Origin: Balanoglossus misakiensis
Lineage: Eukaryota > Animalia > Hemichordata
DNA length: 64,000 bases
NCBI GenBank assembly: GCA_040954595.2
Contig: CM082593.2
Location: 2,683,434-2,747,433 of the forward strand
Direction: 5' to 3'
Under the pieces are notes generated by a model, which did no database searches, was not told where the DNA came from, and was given only the letters and a program-made list of their open reading frames with translations. Both the position numbers and the translations under genes were made by a program. Numbering within the stretch: the stretch's first letter is position 1; every line of letters starts with the position of its first letter. Below are positions 25,901 through 40,900 of the stretch, in pieces.

Positions 25901-28900
25901 CGTCGGTTGTGCGAGCGTTCATGCGTGCGTCGTTGTCGTCTGCAAGAGAGACTGGTAGGGAAAAGCGCAGGCACGGGAGAAGAGGGAAAAGACTGCCAGG
26001 GAAACTGATTGGATCTGGGGAACGCAGCAAAGTATTTTACTCGCTGCATTGTTTCTTATCAATGATCGCATTGCATTGAAACCTCAGCATCTCGACTCTG
26101 TTGTCATGGTGAAACCTGCGATACGTGAACAAATTGTAACAAGACAGATTGAGGAAATTAGACCCGAGATCACAAAATGACCATCATCATTTTCTTAACA
26201 ATCATCGCATCAGCTTCTGCCTGACACACATGGGTTGCTCTGGAGTCAAATCCAGCAGTATTTGCAAATTCCTATTTTATTTCTCATCTATAATATAGAT
26301 GCTACACAATGAATTTTACTTTGTTTTCAAATTTCGAAATATTTTGGGTCTATTCTGTGAAGTGGGTGATTAATATATGAGATTTGACACTGTTATATAT
26401 CTTATTTCTGAATGACGCATCCAAAAATACTCCTTTTAAATATGCAGAATTTATTTAACCTTTGAAATGAAGGATAAGTGAGAAATTTGGTCTTTTGGAA
26501 AAATTAGAGGATATGAAGGAAAGACTGGAATCTTGTTTTAAGAGTGAAATTGTTTTCGAGAACAGGGGACTGAAATTATATTAGATTGCAAGAATTTTCC
26601 CCTGGAAAGCAGAGGAAATTGCAGTCTGGTGACAAGTTTTATTTGCTACTTCATTTACTACATGACTTGAACTACATGGCAAGGTGTGATTGGTCGTAAA
26701 TCAAGTCAAAAGTAGCAATTTGGGCAATATTGCATTGGTTTGCAGTTTTACCCATCATCCCTCGGGCCAGGCTTACTGAGCATGGGCAGTAGCCTTCCCT
26801 GGCTGACTTGGCCTCTTCTGAGCATGCTCGGGTTATTTCTGTTCGTTGGTGAATGCGGAGAATTTTCCTTTCTGGCAAATTAGGCACGAAAACACAAACA
26901 GAATCATAAATTAGAATTATTGAATTACGAGGTATCAGTAATGACTTAGCCTGAGTGCATTTGTGATACGGGAGAGGGAAAAAAGGACATGTAAAGTCGC
27001 AAATGCAGAAAATTACATCGAGGAAACAGGCTTACCATTTTACTGAACTGCAGAATGGAACTACTGCGCATTACAAGGCAACTGCCAGCAGAATTTACAG
27101 GGCTGTGATGAGACACATAAAACTGAATCAAAATGAATGGCACAGCCCTCTGTCTTTTCCATTTTCACCATAAAATTGTTGTGAAAACGTACAGCTGACA
27201 GATCTCGTAAAATTTCGTGGTCGCATGCAAAAGTAGGTGTCATCGTGAAGTTTTCTGAACTTGCATTAAGGTTTGAAATCATAGCAAGACCCCAATCACG
27301 ACGGATATGCTGGCTTTAACCCTTTCATTGGTAATGTCATTTCAGTTAGTTTGAGACCTGCCAATCAAGCTGTCCACACAGCTGACAGTTTTATTGGTTT
27401 TCGTTGTGATATACCTGGCATTTGTGACAAACGGATGTTTATTATGCATTTTTCACTTTCTACAAAATTTGCCAGCCCATCATCAGTGATTAAGATCTGA
27501 ATTAATTGTCTCTTTATGGCTCAGCAGATGAAGTCGAAGAAAAATCTAAAGAAAACCCATCAAGTTAAGGAGGCAGTTCCTGATACAACCATTAAACTGA
27601 GTCAGACAATTTCAATGTCATCTTTATCTTGAAAATGCGAAATATAGAAATCCAGTTGTTATATTTTTTTTTGCATAACATGAGCACTCTGGATATTGTA
27701 AATGGGAAACTTACATATTAGAAAGTCCTTGGTTGTCTTAATCTAGTGAGATTTGTTAGACAATTTTATTTGTTGAACTGAATGATTACAGCGCAAGTCA
27801 AAGGGAGGAGAGGTGTCCTGATTTTCCTCATTGTTGCCAAGGGCAACCATTTAGCGTGAAGCATCTCTCTGCCGGAGTCGTGAAAACGCGGATAGGTCAC
27901 GTCACGGGGCAATAAATCATGATTTCTCCAACTGATGATAATGACTTGGCAGTTAGTTTTGTGACTCAATGATCAGCGTCATCATCAGCGTAATCTCCGC
28001 GCCCTCCGGCCGGCGGGGAGATTAGCCGAGATCAAGACCTTTAACGAGCAGATCACGTCCCCGCGTACGAGCGTTATCAGTGCGTGTGGATTGTGTGTCA
28101 GTCGTTTTCATTACGCACATGTTTGGAAAGCTGAACTTGCGATGTGGTCGGCGTTTCTGTATACAGTGCAGGTGCCATTGTCTGGTCTGTACCGCATCAT
28201 TCTCGATCATAGAGAGAAATAATAGGTGCAAAACACAAACACCCCAATGTGAAATCCGAGCACTGCTTGCCGAAGAGTTGAGTTAAAAGTTAAATAGCAA
28301 CAATATCAGAATCTCAATTTTATGGTTGTTTGTAAAATAAAATCTGCCATAATCCTAAATGCTTTCCTAATATTGACAACACATGATACCTTATTTGAAC
28401 AAAAAACACTGTAGAATGTTTTGGTCTTTGATGAAAGCATAGCCCAGTATCTATCCTGCTTTGTCTCAGTCTTTTGATAGAGGCAAGAAGAAGCAGTATG
28501 TAGATCTATACTACTACTCTAGTGCATCCAGGGATAGGGAGATTCAAAAGTAGGGGTTAACAAGCCAGCTATCTGTATCAACTTACAATCAATGAAATGG
28601 TGGCCACCAGAGAGAGCTGTCAATTTACTTAATGTCATCACTCAGCGCCGAACTGGGAGGAGGATTGTTATCAATTGGACACCGTACAACAGAAGAATTG
28701 AAAATTGAAATTAGGTGGATTGTTAAGAAGCGTTGAGATAAGATATAAATTTGGGTCAGAGTTTTATTTGTGCATTTTTTCCCCCAACAAAATGATGTGT
28801 GTTTGTGTTGTGCGCATGTCAGAATACTATAAATAAATGTGCTAAAAATTGGGGTTTAAAGCAGTATGTGGTGTGTATGTCTGAAGTTAAATTAAGCAGA

Positions 28901-31900
28901 AAAATGGAATATTTTGCCTGATAAATTGGATTAATCTTTTACAATTTCCTAGCTCTAGGGGGAGATCTGACTTTTGGATTTTTTGCCTTGAGTTGAAATT
29001 TATAATTCAGAAATAACAGTTGTCCACACTGAGTACTTTGGTTTTGTGACCAGCTAGTTGTGGGCTGGGAAGCAAAACAGGCTTAAAGGTGTGTTCACAG
29101 GCCCCCTCCCCCAATTTGTAACCTACAAATCCCCCCTCGCAACAAAACGTACCAATCAATAAATAAATAACCACTGCTTCGACGAAGAATTTCGGAAGAC
29201 ATCAGGTGCGTTAGCGATGGTAATGTTGTTAGCTGCTCGTATCTCCGATGATTTCCTGAAAGAGATCTTGTTTTTCTTCCACGAGAAATTGACCATTTTC
29301 AGACCCCTGAAGACTGTAATTTGCGTTGCTAATCAAATCCTGCTGATACCACGGTCGATAATTCCAAAAAGGCCAGTCCTAAAATATTCATGTCACAATT
29401 TGCATATTCCGGTTGAATTCTTGAAGTCAGGACCTCCGATACTATCTCAGGAAGGGAGTGCGTTTTGAATCATGTATTAAAAGTGGCAAATCCAATAACG
29501 TTTAGATATTTTAAATGCTTTTGTTCTGTGGATCATCTGAAGTTCTTGTCCAACTTCCTTAAGGCCGATATTATATTATTGCAAAAATGAAACAAATTGA
29601 TTTCTCTGTTGAAGACATGCATCATTTTGATTGGTGTCAGTTTAATTTAACATTATTGAAAGTAAATTGAGGAGGCCAGTATCTGCTTGTTGGAACAGAT
29701 TTCTGATTTACAGGAGATGTCGCTGTGTGGTTGATAATGACTACGTTTATTGACTATCATGATTGAATTCTTGAAAATGATTTGTGAAAATGATGGAATA
29801 TGGGCGGTTTGGCAAAAGAATGACTGGGTCGATGTAATTGGGCTTTCAGTTATTCTGAATACCACACAGCTGGGTAGAAAGACAGGCATAACTGAGATGT
29901 GTACATTGTGCAATGATGAACAGGAATTATTCATCGAAAGAGAAGCGATACCATATCAGCCCGCGAGATCAACACTCAAGGCATCCCTTTGTCCGCAGTT
30001 ATTGTAATTGTAACATGAAGATCTGTAAGCGGGGAGGCATCCTTCGATGATGGGAGACTTTATTCTCTCATCTCTCTCTCTCCGCCTCAGGAAATATTTG
30101 AAGAAATTGACTCTTTGCTGCTGGTCGCGATTTCCCCGATGTCTGAACTTGAGCATGTTCATCAGGGGTTTATTAGTGAGGTTCGCGGGTGTTGGGTGGT
30201 TGGAGTGATTTCTCGTTCTCCGATGGCATTTTTTGATAAAGCCGGTAAATAGCACAGTATTGAAATTGATTGCTCTCTGCGTTCACGATAACAGCGCATC
30301 ACGTCAGTGCCTGCATACGCCGTAATACAGCAGAAAGGAAAAAAATATCGCTGAAATAAAATCGTGAGTTCATGACGTCTTTGCGTGTCAGGTATGATTT
30401 GTCGCCAGAGGAGATAACCGAGGAAATCACTTTTGATATCTCGTAAATTTCAAACATAAAATCAGCGGGATGGAACAGTCTGTTGGTGGGATTTTGTAAG
30501 TTTATTTCTTTGTATTTCCTTCGCTTCCTCCCAAAAGTGAAAAGTCTAGCAGTTTTAACTTGGTGTGCTAGATACAAGACAGCGTTAATAAACATCCACA
30601 ATCCATACAGGCCTATAGATGTTTGCATAACATGACATGGTTGCTGGCTGCTGTCTTTGAGAAAGTGCTGAAGACTATGTAGTGCATAACGTGTAAAACA
30701 TGAAGACACTTTCTGGAACACACACTTGAGAATTACAGATTTGACTACAATGAGCAGAAAGAGAATGTTTGCCTGCGTCATGTGATCGCACTCACACTAC
30801 GATCAGTTTCCGTGTGAAATATAGATGTTGAGTGATAGGGGGAGTGATTTTTATCCACGACTGCGGCGCGAAACCTCGTCGCTTCCGGATACCTGAAAGG
30901 TTCCCTGATTGCTACAGAGTGTGAAAGGAAACGCCAAAAAAAATTTAGAATAAGGCCAAACTGCGTCCGACATTTAGTGGAGATCTCTTTTTCATTCTTG
31001 GTTGTATCAGGAAAATGTGATCGTGTGGCTTAATGCTTTCTGTCTAACTTGTCTGTCCGTCTGTACATTCAAACATGCAATGAATACTTAGAATAGCATT
31101 GACTTTTGCTGGTTTGTTCACATGTCACTAATCACACAGATTAGTTGCCCAGCTTCTTAATGACATCAATAGAAAAATCACGCCGTCGTTTTCTTTCTCT
31201 CTCTCTCTCGACTTCTGCTGAATATTTGGTGAAGCCCCACTTTTCACATGGTAATTAAACAGACAGGAAATCACATAATTTGCTGCCAATCAACTGTCAG
31301 ATTCCCATCATGCAAGCTACGATGTCTGATTCCTGCTACATGGCCTGTGATATTGTCACTTCAAGTTGAAAAAGGTCGTTCCTCTCTCTCTCTCTCCATC
31401 TCTTGTTTTACCGGGATTTGACAGTTGATTTCAACAAAGCGGAATTACACCTGCATAGAACAATACTTTTCATCTCATCTCCTTGTAAACTGAAAAAACA
31501 GACACAGTTTCCCAAGCTTCTTACCACACATCTTTCACCTAAGTGAAATTACCGTTAAGTACCTATTGTGTGATATGCTAATTGTTGCCTTTACCAGAAA
31601 GAAAGTCACAAAAATCTACTTTAGAGAGACAAAGACACTGAATTCAAAGATTGTTGTCATTGTTTTCAGTTTAGTTTTTCTATTGTAAGATTTAAATCAT
31701 AGGAAGTTGATTTAAAACCGACATGTGGCCATACTGTATGAACTGCATTTAGTTCTATGACAAACATTTGATAAAAATAAACCATAATTCATATTAATTT
31801 TGTGAGCAACTTTTGGACAGTCTTTCAGCAGATTGCGTACAATGTATTGTAACTGCCCAATCTCATTGAGACCGCATGGACTTGCTGATAACGATGTGTA

Positions 31901-34900
31901 ACTTAGGTGAATGACAGATTTTATAGTACCATCTGTATTTACCAAGTGCCTGTCTGTTCTACCTAAGTGTACAGTCATTTAGTTTCATACGCATAGAACT
32001 ATAGACATTGTGTAAATGTGTGTGATGGAACCCATTCCTAAAAACAATATGGCTGCCATCATGAGGGTGACCTCTGACCTTTCTTGTAAGGAGGTTGGTC
32101 TCCCAATTAGCAAGTCATAGTGTGTACCTAATATGCTGGCAAAAAGAACACATGTTATTTACACATTTTGTCATGGCGTGTAACTGTCAGTAATTTGTTG
32201 TTCTGGCATGCTTACAATGTGCACTATTGGGATGTAGTTCTAGGAAACTGCAGTTCTGCAGTCTGATATAATTTATTGAAGTGCAGCAGAGATGGACTAG
32301 TGATCAAGGGATTGCACCTGAATAATTTGAACTTTACACTTGGAGGGTTTCAACACTCAAGTGTCTAGAAATTATTGGTGTCGGTAGATTTCGTGAAATG
32401 TAATTGTGCAGCCACTTTCAAGAAAGAACTCATCTTAATGTGTTATATGATCCGCAAAAGTGTGAATGTCTTTGCTGATGTCACTGGTGCAGTCTGTCCA
32501 CATTACAAGTGGATTAGAATCCGGAGCCAGGGATGCGTTGTCAATGAGGGCATTATTGATGGACGGAGGTCATAGGTCAAACAAGCACTTCAGGTTAATC
32601 TTCGGATAGGAATGTCGTCTCACGCCGCACAATCAATGTAGCCTTACACCGCATACTAATTGTTTGTATCCTTCCACTGTGAAAAGTGGTTGACGAACAA
32701 ATGCAGAAGTGTGTCTTCTTCTGACCATTGTGTTCTGTGTGATAAATTTGTAACAAAATCTTGGTGCCAACACGACCATTTTCCTGAGCGTATCTAGACA
32801 TTGTCAGCCATTTTGATTGAAACTATTCATTCTTAAATTTTAACTTGAAAACTTTCTTGAACTCCTAAACAAGAGGTTGGCAGGGTCTAATCACACTGTC
32901 TTTTTCAATGAATTTTGCGAGCTTCGCTTGTGTAAATGGCGCAAAGAATGTCTATGCACTGCTCCAAGCAGCAACATCACGAAGACCGAACAGAACGATG
33001 TACGTGTTTCGCTCCAGATGCTTCTGTACCCTGGGACACGACGAAAGCGCCTTATTGCGCGATTGTATAAGAGGATGGTGCAGACGTGGTGTCTGGGCCC
33101 ACATTTGTAATGAAATTTGCCGTGATTTCTGTGGCTTTTCTGCTGCCGTGCGGCCGTTAAAATGGATTACGTAAATCTCGGCACAGTCCCAGGCTTCCCC
33201 TGAGCGGGTCAAAGGTGAATCTATCCCAAGGAAGTAGAAATCCCAGGGCACCGACCCAAATGGCAGTAATATCTGTAATCGAAAAAAACAGAAAAGAAAA
33301 AAAATCCATCACGAGTATCAATTCTCGTATATCATTTGTGGAATCCCGTTATCACTTATGAAGATGAGAAACTGATTCTACAGAAAAGCCATCGAGTGTC
33401 TGTAGTTCGCAGAATATGAAACCTGATACTATAGCAGAAAAGTATCTGACGTGCGAAGAGAAAGTGGATAGTTTGCCACTGTGTCGAGCATGAAACCCCC
33501 CCCCCCCCCAAAATCATACACCCCTCCCTTCTGTGAAATGGTTTAGCCCTTCCTCAGTGATCTTTTGATCTGTATTGGGATTGACGAGTTGTAATGGATG
33601 AAGTAGAATTAAATTTGGCGCTGATATTAGAATCTGATTGATCCCGGAGTTGGGTTGTTGGAGAGTTAGTCAGTGTCTTATTAAGTTTATTAGTGGGTCC
33701 ATTGGATTTGTAATTTGCTATTTGATATACGGGTATTGAAGATTTGGTCTTATATGAAGGCAATCACTGAGTTCCAGATGAAAATCTTGAATTTTCTCCC
33801 CCCCCCCCTCCACATTTGGGAGCTGCTGTATAATTAATCTTTCTTCAGAAGGGAAAGTGACTTTTATTGTATTTTTGTAGCTTTGCACGTGTACCTCAAT
33901 TTTCCAGGTCATGTCTGTCTGATAGATCTGCTGTTTGAAATTTGTGCGCCATTATAACGTTTCTGTTTGCTATACACGTGTATGCCAAGTGCATATGGTC
34001 TCTTTTGTTTGCACAAGCCCTTCCCCTGGTACACTGTGTATTGTGCGAGCCAGGTTAAGAAAATTTCTTTTCGTGTGTGACCTGATGCATTGCAAAGGAT
34101 TCCTACTTGAGCCTGACACCTTTTTCATTGGAGGAGCTCCCTAAACGCTGTCTCCTGCATATTTCCGTGCGTAATGGCAAACTCATCAGGCCAATTTATC
34201 CAGCAAATTGGTAATTCCAGACACATTCGGTGAGAAAGTCGTGAGGTTTCTTGGCGAATGATTGTTGCGAACTAATTTGGTTCCTCATTCAACTGGCTAT
34301 CCACGTGTCGTGGGTGTCGGGCTTTTGTAATTCCAGACCTAGTTTACATTATGCTGTGTTTAACTGCTCTGACTTGAAATCTGCCTTGAAACATGGTGAT
34401 GTTAGGATTATTAAAAACAAATATCTCTGCTGTCATGTGTGACTGCCGTGGGAAATGACAAGAAAACAGAATCCTTTGAAATGTGCTGTTTTTTGTTCAT
34501 CAATCTAAGTTGTATCAATATGCCATTTCTTGAAACCTTTGCCAATTTGTTGTTTAGCCCACATGTTTTTCAGGCATCCTGGCTTTTAGTCGATGACCGT
34601 GTGATGGGGTGATGCTGCAAACAGTCCAAATGGTGATTGAGCTGTCTGAAGACGTTTGGGTTTAATCTCTGTTAATTGCTTCACAGTCGGGTTCATCAAA
34701 GATGACACTCAGACCGCTACATCTGTTCGTTTTAAATTTATATTTAACACGACAGTCGTGATTCAAAGATTCTGAGGCGAGTATCCACACCCTAAATATA
34801 CACTCTGGAACCATCATGTACTGTACGTGCAGCCCACTTTGTAAGTTTTGATATTTCACTTCAAGCTGTGCTTGTGAACACTTACACTTACAATTGTGAG

Positions 34901-37900
34901 TGACAAAAAGAATTCCCAAGTTTTGTGTTCTTGTGGTTTTTCTTTGCCATGGAAGTCGAGATCTATGTCGATTGTCCGCTAGAAACCGGATGTCTCGCCA
35001 CTTTGTCTTGCCGCCAATAAAAGGACCACCAACAACTGTTGTGTTTTATACATTACATGTTGTGTGTATATTTCATGTAAACTTCATAAATCACACTGAT
35101 ATTCTGCAACAAGGAATCTGAGATGTACATGTACTTCATGTTAAAGATACATGCCAGCTCTGTCTAAACCATTGTACTTTGATCCTCAATGTCTGCTAGG
35201 CGTGCATCGGTATATTTGAGATTTACCTGGTCACGTCACTTGTGTCGTCTGTGATTTGATGAATCGAGGCATAAAGATTTCATGCTCAAAAGTTTCAGAA
35301 TACAGGTGTAACCAAATATGAGGCTTGAGTAGATCGGTAACCCCAGGCTTCGTATATGACAGGTTGCAGACACGGACGACTTCCGAAAGGAAAGAATTTT
35401 GCTCGGACTAGTCATGTGTGATACAAGTGAACCGTTTTTTGAAATTTACACACACAGATCAGTCTAGCAGGAAAATATATCAGCTTTTCCCCCCAGAGAT
35501 GTTTTATCACTGCAATAGATGCCATTACATTAATTAAATAGCTGTGCGGTTATCCCGCCCAAGGGGACTGACGTCTCACATGATGCATCGTGTTGCACTG
35601 GGGACTGGGGGGGGAGGCGAACTCAAATTGAACCGAGAGAAACTTCTTTCCCCCCGATTTGCCAAATAGTCGACCGACCAAACTTGCAAGGATCAAAGAA
35701 TTGCTAATGACTTTCAGATAATCAAAGTAAACTGCTCAAGCTGAAAACCTTTTCTGATTCCGTGAGCATTACAGTGGTGGTTGCGTCTTTCCTGAGGGGA
35801 AGGGGGGGGGGGGGTATTTCTGCTGAAAGAGTGGAACCCGCGTTGGAAATCGGTGGGAAAAGTCAGCGCTTAAGGGCAAAAGGGAACCCATCAAACTATT
35901 AGAACTTATGCAGGTTGACTGATCAATCTACATACCTGCATACGGACGGCACTGTCAACTTAATTGCATTATCTGTGAAAAGAAAGAACCCAAGCTCAGG
36001 TCTCGCAAGACCCTCCCCTCCCCGAGTATTAGAATCCGACAGAGTTTGCGTCTGTCTTGATGCGAAATCAGTCTGATATCAGTTTGTGTATTATATGAAA
36101 TAGTTTTGACGACAAAGGTGAGGGAAAATCATAGCTCCAAAGAGATCTGACCTATCAGATACGATCAGCGACTTTCAACGTTACAGGTTGGTATTTTGTT
36201 TTTTGTTTAAAACTTGGAGCTTAACCCTGACATCTGAAACTCTTAGATCGAGCACAAAAAATCCAAAGTTTGAGTGCTTCAAAACTGGATTGATTTGATT
36301 CAAATTGCCAAAACGGTGGCACCCCAGTACATGTGGATGTTGCAGTCAATTCCTGGCAGGTGTCATTCAAAGATTTTCATCACCGTCTCATGAGATAAGA
36401 TAAGCCAAGGGGATTTCTCGCCGAGTCTGTATCATCAAATGTCACCTCTGATAGTTACGTGTGCAAATGTTATCATCACTAGGTAAATTGGCAATTTTGC
36501 TGCTTTGCAGAACAGTTGTTTCTCACGAATACTCTAAGGCGAGTGGTGCTTCTTGTTGGTCTGATGGTGAATTGTTGATGTTGAGTTGTGTTTCCATGAG
36601 CTCAAGACAGGTGATGCTGTGTTGCACCCAAATTTCTGGGTGATCGACCCATTTTTTGGACAGGTAGATATTCCCATCAAGATGGCTGCCGGTTTTCACA
36701 CCATGTTACCATCTGCCAAGTTGCGTCTGCCAAATCAATAAATAATTCTCTTGCCTTTCCCTCGATGAACGGGCAAGAATAAAATGTGCGAACTTTGAAA
36801 TAAAATATTGACAGAAACGATGAAGAGTTCTCGTTTCTATAAGGCCTTGAAGTGAGTCTGTCTTTCAGTACGCCAGTGCTTGTTAGAGACTGACTTCTGA
36901 ATGCTTGTTCCAAATTCACAGATCTTACTGACAAAATCGAAATATTGATTCTCGGTATTGTACAGACACGGCTCAGATTACTTACATCAGAGAGGAAGAA
37001 ATGCTTTCTAATGGTCGTACTTTGAGCGCGAAAGGTCAGCACTTGATTTCTCCATCCATAAATTTTTGAATCCGTCAAAGATTTAGCTTTGTCGCCTATC
37101 GTGTGTGGTACACCATTTCAAGTATGTAAGATCCATTTAATGAAAATAGACGAACACAACGGACGAAACAAGTTCGATTCCCTGGCTGTTGATCATAAAT
37201 CTTTTGAACATCACCATAAAACAAACATTAGTTAAGCGTGCACCATTCCGAATGTGACCAGCATTTCTTCTCAATTTTACTATTCCAACGTTCAAGGGGT
37301 AAAAATGTCTGCTCGTGTAAACTGAATACAGTTGTCAATAGTTTTTCAACCACGTGAAAAACAAGAGACGAGATTTGAACCACTTAGATATTTCATACTG
37401 AAGTTTTTACTCAATCAATTATAACAAGAGACCAAATTAATTTGGCAAAATTTTGCTGTTTTGGATTGAACCGTCATAGTTCCATTCCCATTTCATTTCC
37501 GGAGTTTTTTCTCCCCCGCGAATCTCTCTCTCTCTCAAAAAGACCAGAGGAATGGGTCCCCCAGATGGTTCCAGAACACTTTCAATTTCTAGTGGTAAGT
37601 TTTGCCCCGAGCGAAAAAGTGATCCACATTATAGTTTGCCCATGCAATGAGTAATCAAATTGAGGCAAGTAAGATGGAAAGCCTTTGTCTTGATGTTCCG
37701 ATCTCTCGTGGGGCTGCAGTCGGAGTTCTTCGGAAGATGTAACCTCAAAAAATATCTTATAAGATTAGGTTTCAGTTCACTGGCAAGGGTTTTAACCCTG
37801 CCACCCCCTCAGGGCTGTGGTTTAACCCTTTTTGTCTGGTATTGGTAGGGTGAAGGCAGAAGTTGGGGTGTACGGAGGTTGGAAATGAAAGAAAGTAAAA

Positions 37901-40900
37901 AAAAAATGATTTCTACAGTTTTATTTGAAAGATTTTTATTTCACTATATTCATAATGATCAATCTGTGAGGTGTGTGCAGAACTTTTGGTACCTAGGCAT
38001 AGTCTATTTGCTCCTTGGATTTCATGCATTGTATGGCTGATGTTTAACATACTAAAATTCCGGTGAAAATCCCGGTAACTGGTGTTTCATGCCCGAGAGT
38101 TATGTCAGGATGAGGTAATCAATGACCAGAAACCATATATTCCAATTTACTGAAGGTAACAAAGTTACACTGCTTTATGATTAAGGAGGTGACGGGAACG
38201 GTAGTAAACTTTAATAGTGCATATTGAAATAATGTAACTGGCTTACGGCAGTTCACGCGCACAGCTCCTAAGTTGTCAATCGAAGAGGGTGATGTAGTGG
38301 TTTTGTGAGAAAGAGAAGTTTCGTGAAGTTGTGACATGGTGGTGTGGGATTAGTGAAGTTTCGTGAAGTTGTGACATGGTGGTGTGGGATTGTGAAAATT
38401 GACAACTTTAACATTGTCATTATAACCATCACCACCATCGACCACCATCCCCACCACCACTGCAACCACCACCATCATCATCATCACTTTCATGTCAGCA
38501 ATGCAGCAGCAGGATTGTCATATGCTGCAAACCCTCCATCATTAAAAAGCTGCAAAGATTTGAAGCCTGATCAAGCTGATGAAAAGGATGACAAAAACCC
38601 CTGGCAGTAGATTCTCAGCTCCCCCCGAGGAATTCAATTATAAGCAAGTCTCACTGAGTTGAGTGCAAGAAGTTAAAACGACAATTTGTTAAATGAACAG
38701 CTGTTCTGTGACCCTTTCTTCCGAAGGTAGAAAGGAGTCATCAATTCTGTCAGCTGATGGTAGCAGCTGATCAGATATATCCCAGAGCAACTTGTTTCCT
38801 CTTATTATCCCTGACATTTGTGAGCACAGCGTCTCTGTAGTTTTAATAGGAAGCAGGAAATCATCTTCAGCCATGATGGATTTAGATTGTTGTAAATTTT
38901 ATCCAGGATATTTGCCAGTAGCTGCGAGGGTTAGAGGCAGCATTGCCTGTTTGCGGCTTTAACCACGGCACTCCAGTACAGAGCGCCATCTAGTGGTGAG
39001 AGCGTTCCTGGATGCACATGGAACGAGTCGAGTCGGCCATGTTTTATTGAAATCAGCAGACACACAACAACCCCTGTCCATTATGTGCCATCCTATCTGG
39101 GTTCCTGGAAACATGAATAATAAACATGTTGATCAGCGCTGGTTGTTTTATTTTTCTCGCATGGGAATATCTACACCAGCAACTGTGACTTAGTGTGGGC
39201 TTTATAAGATATGCACAGTTAGAGTATTGAAATATTTTTTTTCTACTGTTGACACAACGATCAGAATACCAGACATCCTTGTGACGTGCTTGTCTGTACT
39301 AAAAACTCTGTGAAACAAAACCTCCAAAACCACAACAGATGGCTCCGAAAAGCCTTATTAGGCCAGAGGCAAAAATACGGTCAAATCTATTCTCAGGCTG
39401 GATTGATCATTGATGAACTATCAAATTTAGGTCCATATGCCCCAGTAAATAGGGAGGAACTATAATAGGAACTTCAGTGTTTCTTTCTCAGAAAAAATGT
39501 CAATGCCATTGTCGTACATATGATCAGCTTGGCACAGACATATGGCACCGATGTACCCGAACCCCCAGGTATGCAATAAGCAACAGAAATGAACAAAATA
39601 AACTGGCTTTATATGTTTTGTGTGTGCAAAAGTGCATATGTCAGATACATTATTTGATATTGTCAACTAATGCATCTGACACACCAATTAGATACAAAAA
39701 ACATAAATTGTACAATTTGGAGAATTTCATACATGAATGCTGGTTAAAAATCGCTTTTATTTTGACTATATGTGTAATTAAATTTGCGAAATCTGCGAAA
39801 AAAACAAGTTACATAGTGGGTGATGAAAATGCAAAAAGCTGTTTTTAGTTGAAAAGGTGATAAAGAATGTGATTTTGAAGGAGATGAAATCATTATTAGC
39901 ACATTAAACACTTCCGTTGGTTTAAATTCTAAGTACATGTGAGCTATCTCCCAGAAGCAAGTAATTAGTATGTTTTTGTCCATCATAAAGATCCAACGCT
40001 AGCAACGTTACCCTCTCATCAACGGCTATGGCGATTTATAATGCAAGTTATTTGGTTGCCTAGCAACCGGCTGTCTGTTCATTTGGGGTGACGCCACAAA
40101 AGGGCTGCAATCACGTTTACTGACGACAACCCTGATGAGATTATAAACACACACAAAAATGGAAATTTAATGGCTTGGAAAAATATGCTGAAAAGGTTTA
40201 ATTACTCTGTCTTCGTTTTCTGCAGGTGGAATTTCGGTGAAAAAATGGAGAGAGAGAGAGAAAAAAAAGGCAGTTCTTTTGTTGTGGCGAGCCTCGTCTT
40301 TACTCTACTCAGTGCGCATTTCACTCAGGGATTGTATTTCACAATTCCGCTGTGTCTTGCAAACTCATTATCAGATGGGCTTGCGTTGTCACTTCACTTC
40401 ACTTCTCTCAGCTCATCTCGGCTCACAGACATCGCACGTTTTTTTTGTGTGTGGCTTTTTTTGTTCGTGATGATGCAGAGATTATGTCTCGCTTGCAGGA
40501 TGTGGCACGGGTTCACCAGAGATGGTTTTAACCTTGAACCTAAAAACACTCTGGTTTTCCACTGCCTTGCATCTCATAGACTCATCTCAAGAGTAATTTC
40601 AGAAGGATTCTTGAACATTGGCACAAAAAAGTAGGCTGCTGCAGTATGTAAAATTTATTTATTGGATAGAATTCTTCTGAAAAGATTGATAAGGTGTTGT
40701 AATGATGAAAGTCAATGCAGAGAGAGCTCTTACATGAACACACATGATTATTAGAGCCTTGTGGAGATAGCCACAAGATGATGTACAACACAGGAACAAC
40801 AGTCTCTTACTCCAGAGGTCAGAGGTCATGAACTTGAGAGATGAAGGTTAGCATGGTCAGTTAACTTGAGAGGAGCTGTTTCACCTTTTTTTCATAATAC

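Noticed and set aside
30299-30781. Longest intronic ORFs (160 aa here; also 40170-40634, 19041-19451, 36677-37078) as nested genes or transposases
   Set aside because: No recognisable domain or catalytic motif. Composition and length are compatible with chance ORFs.
38344-38610. His-rich ORF as a cassette exon or nested gene
   Set aside because: It derives from a CAC/CAT simple repeat next to a tandem duplication, with no convincing flanking splice sites and no TCF similarity.
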